A stretch of 54,732 nt of DNA, taken from the NCBI GenBank assembly GCA_902784155.1, contig CACZTQ010000016.1, positions 1 to 54,732 of the forward strand, in the 5' to 3' direction. Numbering within the stretch: the stretch's first letter is position 1; the number at the start of each line of letters is the position of its first letter. Under the pieces are notes generated by a model. It was not told the origin of the DNA. It did no database searches and worked only from the letters and a program-made list of their open reading frames with translations. Below are positions 36,951-44,706 of this stretch, in pieces. This stretch comes from Oscillospiraceae bacterium (lineage in GTDB: Bacteria; Bacillota; Clostridia; Oscillospirales; Acutalibacteraceae). A program made the position numbers and the translations under genes.

Positions 36951-38119
36951 AAGAAGTTCTCCTTATAAAAAACGGCGAGCTCGCCCTCAAAGGCCTCAAC
37001 AGAAGGACCTTCGAGGATATGCTCATTAAAAATATGAAGCACCGCCTGTCAAAAACAGGCAGATTCACCTTCAATGTTCAGCAGTCCACGATAATCGCGG
37101 CCACGGAGAATGAGGATACCGACCTCGACGCCGCGGTTGAAACGGTTAAAAAGATATTCGGAATCGCCGCTTTTTCAAGGGCGGTTGCCTGCGAAAAGGA
37201 TTTTGAGAAAATCCTCGCGGTGACGGCGGAGTATCTCGGGGAGGAGCTCGAATGCGCCTCGACCTTCAAGGTGGAGGCCAAGAGGTCCGATAAGAAATTC
37301 CCGCTCACATCCCCCGAAATCTGCAATCAGGCGGGCGGTTATCTGCTCGATAAATTCCCCCACCTGACGGTTGACGTCCACAACCCCGATACGGTTGTGA
37401 ATATAGAAATAAGAGACACCGAGGCGTTTATTCACGGCAGGCAGATAAAAGGCGCGGGCGGTATGCCGACAGGCTCCGCGGGCAAGGCGCTCCTGCTCAT
37501 CTCGGGCGGTATCGACAGCCCCGTTGCCGGATATATGATGGCAAAAAGAGGACTCTCGCTCACGGCGGTCCATTTTGCCTCGCCCCCCTACACCGGCGAA
37601 ATGGCGGAGCAGAAGGTGCATAAACTCCTCTCAAAGGTTGCCGCCTTCTCGGGCAGGATAGGTCTCCGGGTGGTGCATTTCACCGAAATCCAGGAGAGCA
37701 TAAAGGATAACTGCCCCGAGGATATATTCACCGTGATAATGCGCCGTATGATGATGAGAGTGGCCCAGATTATCGCCGCGAGAGAAAACGCCGGCGCGCT
37801 CATCACGGGCGAGAGCGTGGGTCAGGTGGCGAGCCAGACGATGCCCGCAATCGCCTGCACAGACAAGGTCTGCGAAATTCCCGTATTCAGACCTCTTATA
37901 GGTATGGATAAGGATGAAGTAATAGATATTTCCAGAAACAAGACAGATACATTCGATCTTTCAATACTTCCCTACGAGGACTGCTGCACGGTCTTCACGC
38001 CCAGACATCCGAGAACAAGGCCCACTCTTGATTATGTCGAAAAAGCCGAAGAGGCGTTTGACTGGAGGCCTATGGTCGAGGAGGCGGCGAAGACGGCGCG
38101 CCTCGTTGTGATTGACTGA
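36947..38119 (+). CDS. thiI: tRNA 4-thiouridine(8) synthase ThiI
   Basis: GELALKGLNR, THUMP region, LISGGIDSPVA PP-loop, TGESVGQVASQT, EDCC. Confidence 0.96.
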   Translation: MKEVLLIKNGELALKGLNRRTFEDMLIKNMKHRLSKTGRFTFNVQQSTIIAATENEDTDLDAAVETVKKIFGIAAFSRAVACEKDFEKILAVTAEYLGEELECASTFKVEAKRSDKKFPLTSPEICNQAGGYLLDKFPHLTVDVHNPDTVVNIEIRDTEAFIHGRQIKGAGGMPTGSAGKALLLISGGIDSPVAGYMMAKRGLSLTAVHFASPPYTGEMAEQKVHKLLSKVAAFSGRIGLRVVHFTEIQESIKDNCPEDIFTVIMRRMMMRVAQIIAARENAGALITGESVGQVASQTMPAIACTDKVCEIPVFRPLIGMDKDEVIDISRNKTDTFDLSILPYEDCCTVFTPRHPRTRPTLDYVEKAEEAFDWRPMVEEAAKTARLVVID

Positions 38120-38134
38120 AACGGAGCCGGAAAA

Positions 38135-39376
38135 ATGGCTGTTTGCGAACTTTTATCGGTAGGCACCGAGCTGCTGCTCGGCGACATACTCAACACCAAC
38201 GCTCAATATCTCTCTCAGCGTCTGGCTCAGATGGGAATCTCCGTTCTGCATCAGACGACAGTCGGAGACAACCCCGAAAGACTTGCCGCCGCGGTCGGGA
38301 CCGCCCTCTCAAGGAGCGATATCGTAATCGCTACGGGAGGCCTCGGGCCGACGCCCGATGACATTACGGCCGAGATTTGCTGCAGGGAATTCGGTTTTGA
38401 GCTTGAGTTTGACAGCGGAACCGCTGACAAAATCACATCATATTTCAAAAACAAGGGAATGGAGATGCCTCAGAGCAATCTCAAGCAGGCCTATGTTCCC
38501 GCCGGGGGCACGATTCTCGAGAATACCCACGGCACAGCGCCGGGTATGGGAATGAAAAAGGGCGGCAAATGCATCGTCCTTCTGCCCGGTCCGCCCTACG
38601 AAATGAGAGAGATATTCGAAAACAAAGTTGTTGACTATCTGAGCGAATACCGCTCGGGCGCGATAGTCTCTCACGAGGTCAGGACAATCGGTATAAGCGA
38701 GAGCGGTCTCGCCGAGGAATTCCGCGACCTGATTGACGGCAGCAACCCGACCGTCGCTCCCTACTGCAAAATCGGCGAAGCGTTTCTGCGCGTCACGGCG
38801 AAAGCGGATACCCCCGAAGAGGCCGAGAAGATGACCGCCGGGGTCATAGCGCAGATAAAAGAAAAAATCGGGCGGTACATATACGGTATCGACTGCAAGA
38901 ATATAGAGGACGCGATTGTCCCGATGCTCAAAAAAGCGGGTCTCACTCTCGCAACGGCCGAGAGCTGCACGGCGGGCCTTGTCGCAAAGAGAATCACCGA
39001 CATCCCGGGTGCGAGCTCCGTATTCAGACACGGCGTAATCACATACGCAAACGAGGTCAAGGAGCGGGAGCTCGGCGTCAGTCACGAAACCCTTGAGCGC
39101 TTCGGCGCGGTCAGCGAAGAGACCGCCGTCGAGATGGCAAAGGGAATCCGCAGAAGGAGCGGAGCCGATATAGGCATCTCGGTCACGGGCTTCGCGGGCC
39201 CCGATGCAGACGAGGAAGGGAAAGCCCCCGGTCTGATTTACATCGCGCTTGATTCGGCGGATGTCACAAGATGCGAAAAAATTGAAACCGGAAGAAATGA
39301 CAGAGATTATAACAGATATACGGCGGCCTCACGGGCGCTGAATCTGGTAAAGAAATATCTTACAACGGAGTTGTGA
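38135..39376 (+). CDS. cinA: Competence/damage-inducible protein CinA (MoCF-like pyrophosphatase + PncC NMN deamidase)
   Basis: VGTELLLG...NTN, VGDN, TGGLGPTPDD, GTAPG, LLPGPP; AESCTAG, YANEVK, GAVSEE, TGFAGP. Confidence 0.95.
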   Translation: MAVCELLSVGTELLLGDILNTNAQYLSQRLAQMGISVLHQTTVGDNPERLAAAVGTALSRSDIVIATGGLGPTPDDITAEICCREFGFELEFDSGTADKITSYFKNKGMEMPQSNLKQAYVPAGGTILENTHGTAPGMGMKKGGKCIVLLPGPPYEMREIFENKVVDYLSEYRSGAIVSHEVRTIGISESGLAEEFRDLIDGSNPTVAPYCKIGEAFLRVTAKADTPEEAEKMTAGVIAQIKEKIGRYIYGIDCKNIEDAIVPMLKKAGLTLATAESCTAGLVAKRITDIPGASSVFRHGVITYANEVKERELGVSHETLERFGAVSEETAVEMAKGIRRRSGADIGISVTGFAGPDADEEGKAPGLIYIALDSADVTRCEKIETGRNDRDYNRYTAASRALNLVKKYLTTEL

Positions 39377-39377
39377 A

Positions 39378-40355
39378 ATGAAAAGCAATAAGATTTTTAT
39401 CGTTCTGAGCTGTGTGCTCGCGGCGGCGGCGCTGGTTTTCGCGGCGCTTACGGCGGTCAATTTCATGCCCAGGCAAGTGACCGTTATCGAGCGCGAGGTA
39501 CCGTTCAGACTCGAAGAGGGAGCGGGCACCGGAAAGCTTGCCGAAAAGCTTTCGTCCATTGTGCCCAACAATATGAAGGGGGTCAAGTATCCCGAGGGAA
39601 TTCTCCCGTCCCTGAAGCAGGTCTACGCGGTTAACAAGAGCCTTGCCGGCTGGCTGTCAATCCCGGGCACCGAGGTAGATACGGCCGTGCTTCAGTCCGA
39701 TGACAACGACAGATATCTTTACTATGACTTTTATGAGACGAGGACCTGGGAGACCTCGGGCAGGCTCTACGGCAGCCTGTTCCTTGACTACCGCTGCGAC
39801 GGCACGGGCGGTCTCTCAAAGAATATGGTCATTCACGGTCACACTACCGGCAAGGCGGACAATATCCCCAAGCAGGCATTCCGCTCGCTCTATGATTACA
39901 GAAACCCCGACCATTTCAAAAAGAATCCTCTGATTAAATATTCCACCCTCACGGGCGAATATACATACAAAATCTGCGCGGTATTCTATTCGGCGGTAAA
40001 CCCCGCCGACGACGCGGGATATTTCTTCAACTATATCTATCCCGATATGTCCGACAGGAATATGGTCGGATATATCGCTCAGGTCAAAGAGAGAGCGCTC
40101 TATGATACGGGCGTGTCGCTCGAGCCGACCGATAAGGTAATCACGCTCTCAACCTGTATTTACGATCTCGGCAAGAGCGTCGATACAAGGCTTGTCGTGC
40201 TCGGCCGCCTTCTTCACGAGGGCGAGGATGAGAGCATAGACACCTCGCTCGTAAAGAATAATCCCGATTACCGCAGACCGCAGGTATGGTACACAAGAAA
40301 CGGCAAGACAAATCCCTACGCGAATTCAACGAGGTGGGAGCCCAGCGCCGAGTAA
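39378..40355 (+). CDS. srtB: Class B sortase (copy 1)
   Basis: N-terminal TM; GWLSIPGT, GSLFLDYR, VIHGH (His), ITLSTC (Cys), TRLVV (Arg). Confidence 0.85.
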   Translation: MKSNKIFIVLSCVLAAAALVFAALTAVNFMPRQVTVIEREVPFRLEEGAGTGKLAEKLSSIVPNNMKGVKYPEGILPSLKQVYAVNKSLAGWLSIPGTEVDTAVLQSDDNDRYLYYDFYETRTWETSGRLYGSLFLDYRCDGTGGLSKNMVIHGHTTGKADNIPKQAFRSLYDYRNPDHFKKNPLIKYSTLTGEYTYKICAVFYSAVNPADDAGYFFNYIYPDMSDRNMVGYIAQVKERALYDTGVSLEPTDKVITLSTCIYDLGKSVDTRLVVLGRLLHEGEDESIDTSLVKNNPDYRRPQVWYTRNGKTNPYANSTRWEPSAE

Positions 40356-40445
40356 GAGGCACAGATTAAAAGAAAAAGAATTGCGGCATAAAAAACCGAT
40401 TCAGATATCAGCTGCTGATATCCGACTATGAAAACCGGAGGAAAT

Positions 40446-42272
40446 ATGGCAGACGAAACAAAGAAACCGTCGGGAACTCCCGAAGGCATAAGCAACCTCA
40501 GCGATGAGGAAGCCATTGCCGAGATAGACATCGGGAATTTTCTTACCCGTCAGGATGATAATTCGGCCCTGTATGAGGGCCCGCGCGCCGATATCAAAGA
40601 GACCGAGCAGAGTCTCGAGGCCGAGATTCAGAATCTTATGGATGACATAATGAATTCCGGCCCTTCGATGACTGTCCCGAAGACCGACGCGGGGAATTCC
40701 CCCGCAGGGGATTTCTGGGCAAATCCCTCGGAATACATTGATATTTCAAAGGCAGGCAAGGGCGCCTCTTCGGATTCGCAGAACGCGCCGGAGGTCCGCA
40801 AGGACGAGCTCTTCACAATGATTGACGAGCTTAAAGCCGACACCGACAACAAGCAGGCCTTTGACAATATCATCTCAGATATCGAAAAGAACGAAAAAAT
40901 AAAGCCCGTTGTTCCGTCAGAGAGCGGCCCGCAGAAGCCGCCGGCGGCGAAACCGAAAAAATCCGCCGGCGATGTGGATATACACGCCGAGGGATTTGAC
41001 GCGGAGCTTGCGGCTCTTCTCGGCGATGAGCCGGCAGCGGAAAAGAAAGAACCCGTCGCGCCCGCGCCGACGGGTGCGCAGCCGCAGCAGGCGGAAGGAG
41101 TATCTTTCAGAAAGAAAGAGAATTTCACCGTCAATATCCCGCAGGAGCCTTCGGGCGCCGTTGAAATCGCGGCGGCGGGCATCTCGCAGGAGCCTCCCAT
41201 ACAGGTTTACGACCTGCTCGCGGGTTCAGGCTCGGGCGGCAGGACCGTCGGCAATGTTCCCGTTGAGATTATCGAGGATGACGGAAAGCTCACCAAGGAA
41301 GAAAAACGCAGGGCAAAGATTGACAGGAAGATTGCCGAGGGCAAGAATCCCAAGGTCGGCGAGATAATCAGAAAGATAGTGCTCGCCGTCTCCGTCGTGA
41401 CGATTATCGTCAGCTCGGCGTTCCTTGTAAAGACATATATCATCGAGCCAATGATGTTCAAGAAACATCAGTCGGAGGTTCAGCAGATAGTGGTCCGCTC
41501 GCCCGAGAACAATATCGGGCAGACCGTAGCGCAGGAGGAGTCAAAATACCCCGCCGGCATGCTGGCGAAGTATAAGAAGCTCTACGATATAAACAGCGAC
41601 CTGAGAGGATGGATTTCGATACCCGGTCTTGAGATAGACCTTCCCATTGCCCACGCGGACAATAACGATTTCTACCTCCACAGGAATATCTATAAAAAGC
41701 GTACGCAATACGGTGTGCCCTTCTTTGACTACAGAATCAAGGATTACAAAAATCTTCCGAGGAATACCGTTATTTACGGCCACAATATGCACTATGACGA
41801 TCTGATTTTCGGCAAGCTTGAGGATTACAGATACCTGAGCGCCTTCAAGAAATCGCCCGTCATCGAGTGCAACACCATATACGGCGACTATACCTGGTTC
41901 GTATATGCGGCGTTCATAACGAATTCCACTCCTCAGCAGGATAACGGATATATGTTCACCTACAACTGGCTCGATATTTCAGAGAGCAAGTTTGTGGAAT
42001 ATATAAATGAGGTGGATAAGAGAAAATTCTACACCACGGGTGTGGATATCGCTTCAACAGACAAGATTCTCACTCTCTCCACCTGCTGCTACGACTTTGA
42101 CGGAGCGCGTCTTGTCATTATCGCGAGGCTCAAGAGAGACGGCGAAGGCGCTGTGCCCGACACATCGCAGGCAGCAAACAACGACAATCCGAAATATCCG
42201 CAGGCGTGGTACAACGCCAACAAAAAAACCAATCCTTATGCGGATGATTCAAGGTGGAGCGCCAATACGTAA
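40446..42272 (+). CDS. srtB: Class B sortase (copy 2) with a ~310-aa acidic N-terminal extension
   Basis: Start MADETKK (GGAGG RBS); low-complexity acidic region, TM, then GWISIPG, IYGHNM, LTLSTC, ARLVI. Confidence 0.85.
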   Translation: MADETKKPSGTPEGISNLSDEEAIAEIDIGNFLTRQDDNSALYEGPRADIKETEQSLEAEIQNLMDDIMNSGPSMTVPKTDAGNSPAGDFWANPSEYIDISKAGKGASSDSQNAPEVRKDELFTMIDELKADTDNKQAFDNIISDIEKNEKIKPVVPSESGPQKPPAAKPKKSAGDVDIHAEGFDAELAALLGDEPAAEKKEPVAPAPTGAQPQQAEGVSFRKKENFTVNIPQEPSGAVEIAAAGISQEPPIQVYDLLAGSGSGGRTVGNVPVEIIEDDGKLTKEEKRRAKIDRKIAEGKNPKVGEIIRKIVLAVSVVTIIVSSAFLVKTYIIEPMMFKKHQSEVQQIVVRSPENNIGQTVAQEESKYPAGMLAKYKKLYDINSDLRGWISIPGLEIDLPIAHADNNDFYLHRNIYKKRTQYGVPFFDYRIKDYKNLPRNTVIYGHNMHYDDLIFGKLEDYRYLSAFKKSPVIECNTIYGDYTWFVYAAFITNSTPQQDNGYMFTYNWLDISESKFVEYINEVDKRKFYTTGVDIASTDKILTLSTCCYDFDGARLVIIARLKRDGEGAVPDTSQAANNDNPKYPQAWYNANKKTNPYADDSRWSANT

Positions 42273-42369
42273 AGGCGCATAATCCGAGAAGTCTGCCGCG
42301 AGCGCGGCAAAACAAAAAGGGAAACAGAGCATCGGTTTCCCGAAGATCCGCTTAACCGGGGTGATTTTT

Positions 42370-44700
42370 ATGAAGGCAGCAGTCAAACTGTATTTTCCGG
42401 GAGAAGATGAATTTGCGGTTCCCGCAAGCGTAATCTATTCCGAAATAGCAGGAAAGGCTGAAATAGCGGGTGCATTCAAATATGCATCGGCAGGCGAAGC
42501 AGTCAAATCAGCATGGAAGTCCGCGGTCCACGGCGAAAACACCGTTATTATCGCCGACGCGGCAAGATTCAACAAGATAAAGCTTCTTTTGTTAAGGAGT
42601 TTTCCCTCGAAGCTCGAGCATTCAGCGGAGGTTTCCGAGAAGCTCGGCAATCTGCTTCCGGCGGATTCGAGAGAACTTAAAACAGAGACGGCGTTTCCGT
42701 CGGGAGCCGGGGTATATCCCTCCGCGGACGGGCTCAGATCGGGTTTTTCCTTCAAAACGAAGAAATGCAAAGTGGTCCTTCTGCCGCTCGACATTGATAC
42801 TGTCAGGAGCGCTGCCGAAATGGGCGCGCTGGAGTTTTTTGAAGCCGAAAAATCCGAGGCGGAAATACTCAAGGACAATCTAAGAAAAATAGAGCGGAGC
42901 GGAAAAACCGTCGGCGTTTCGGATTCGGGTCTTTCGAAGGCCCTTATGAACGTCACCCGCAATTCCGGCATAGGCGAAAACGTATTCATTTCCGTTGAGC
43001 CGGAGAACGGGCAGGGCGAAGAGCCCGTCAGATTTGCGGCGGATTCCGCGAAGGCGGCGCGCGATCTGGCTCAGGCCGATTACGGCGTTGCCATTTCGGG
43101 CGTAGATGAAGAGGGCAACGTGACCGTCGCCGTTTCGGGCGAAGAGGCCGCCCGCATCGAGGTTATACACGCCCTTGAGGGCGAAGAAAAACCGCAGACC
43201 GCGAAGGCCGCGACAATACGGCTTATCGAGATGCTCGCGGACTGCGTTGACACTGGGGTCGAAGTCCCCGAAATGAAGCCCGTGCGCAACAGCTCAAAGC
43301 CGCTCATAGCGATTATTCTCTGCCTTGCGGTAGCGGCTCTTGTGTGCCTGGGCGTCGGAATCGCGGTATTCAGGAGCAGTATGAGCAGAAACAAGCCGGC
43401 CTCCGAGAGCACCTCGGCCGATGTTGTCACGAGCGAGAGCGAAGCGACGCAGACCGATTCAACGGAGCTGGGCGATGAATTCGGAGAGGTAGTGCCCGTA
43501 TTCAGCGCGAGCGATGCCGATTCGGCCGTCTTTGACGAAATCAACACGACATACAGCGGAGGCGGAGTGAGAACAAACGCCGCGAACGGCCAGTTCACGA
43601 CCGATGCCTCCGGCATAATAGAGAATCTCAGACAGGGAGCGACCACTCTGAAGGTTGCCTCCACAATCTCAAACGCGCTCTCCTCGATACTCGCCGAGGT
43701 CGAGAACACCTCCGCTTCCTCCGAAACGGCGGATGCGGGAGAGAGCACGACTCTTTCCTCGGGCTCAAGGAGAATCAGAGAGCTGACAACGAGAGAGAGA
43801 ACTACCCGCGAGAGACCCGTCAAGGATGTGACGGCGCCCGAGAGCACGACTCAGGCCGCCTCCTCCGAAACCGCTCAGTCAGGAAGCGAGGGCAAATTCG
43901 TATTCACCTGCTACGGCTACGGTCACGGTGTCGGAATGAGCCAGCGCGGAGCCATCGCCTACGCCAACAAGGGATGGACCTGCAACCAGATTCTGACTCA
44001 CTACTATCAGGGAACAACGCTTGCCGTTGACAAGAATACCCCCGCCGAGGTCACAAGGCAGGGCGTGACTATGACTCTCGTCGCCTTCCTTTGCAGGACG
44101 GTGAAGCCCGAGATAGGCCACAGCTCGCCCTTTGAGGCGCTCAAGGCCCAGGCCATAGCCGCCTACACCTTCGGCAGATATAACAGCTTCAACTCAAACC
44201 AGGCGTTTGATCCTTATTTCAACTATAAGGGAACTCAGGTCGAGAAGGCCGTTTTCGAGGTCCTTCATATCAAATCCGAGGACGAGCAGCCTCACGCCAT
44301 ATATGTCAGCTACAACGGCAAATATGCGAATACCGTTTACTGCGCCTCGGTCGCGGGTAAAACCGCATCCTCAAAATCCGTTTGGGGTATGAGCCTGCCT
44401 TATCTCAACGGCGGTGTCACAAGCCCCGAAACCGTTGAAATAAGCACGGCGGAATTCTCCGTCGAGCGTATGAGAAACCTTATCAGAGCCGTTGTCGGAG
44501 ACAGGCAGGAGCTCGGCAAGGACCCCTCAACCTGGCTCAGAATCCTATATCACGACGGCGCTTACAGCAGCTCAATCGGCTATGTTGACCAGATAAACGT
44601 CTGCGGCGTCGCGATGAGCGGCAACAACTTCCGCGAAAAGCTTCTCGGAAGGGCAATCAAATCGGAATGCTTTACAATCAAGTATGTGAGATATCAGTGA
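42370..44700 (+). CDS. Membrane protein: degenerate CinA-like cytoplasmic part, TM, Ser/Thr stalk, circularly permuted SpoIID/LytB domain
   Basis: N-terminal part aligns by eye to the neighbouring CinA; TM ~43300-43371; GYGHGVGMSQ.GA...IL.HYY precedes VKPEIG...EALKAQAIAAYT. Confidence 0.8.
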   Translation: MKAAVKLYFPGEDEFAVPASVIYSEIAGKAEIAGAFKYASAGEAVKSAWKSAVHGENTVIIADAARFNKIKLLLLRSFPSKLEHSAEVSEKLGNLLPADSRELKTETAFPSGAGVYPSADGLRSGFSFKTKKCKVVLLPLDIDTVRSAAEMGALEFFEAEKSEAEILKDNLRKIERSGKTVGVSDSGLSKALMNVTRNSGIGENVFISVEPENGQGEEPVRFAADSAKAARDLAQADYGVAISGVDEEGNVTVAVSGEEAARIEVIHALEGEEKPQTAKAATIRLIEMLADCVDTGVEVPEMKPVRNSSKPLIAIILCLAVAALVCLGVGIAVFRSSMSRNKPASESTSADVVTSESEATQTDSTELGDEFGEVVPVFSASDADSAVFDEINTTYSGGGVRTNAANGQFTTDASGIIENLRQGATTLKVASTISNALSSILAEVENTSASSETADAGESTTLSSGSRRIRELTTRERTTRERPVKDVTAPESTTQAASSETAQSGSEGKFVFTCYGYGHGVGMSQRGAIAYANKGWTCNQILTHYYQGTTLAVDKNTPAEVTRQGVTMTLVAFLCRTVKPEIGHSSPFEALKAQAIAAYTFGRYNSFNSNQAFDPYFNYKGTQVEKAVFEVLHIKSEDEQPHAIYVSYNGKYANTVYCASVAGKTASSKSVWGMSLPYLNGGVTSPETVEISTAEFSVERMRNLIRAVVGDRQELGKDPSTWLRILYHDGAYSSSIGYVDQINVCGVAMSGNNFREKLLGRAIKSECFTIKYVRYQ

Positions 44701-44706
44701 GTTATT

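Noticed and set aside
43791-43800. (GA)5 tract as a phase-variation site
   Set aside because: Too short, and explained by the Arg-Glu-Arg codons of a TTRER peptide repeat
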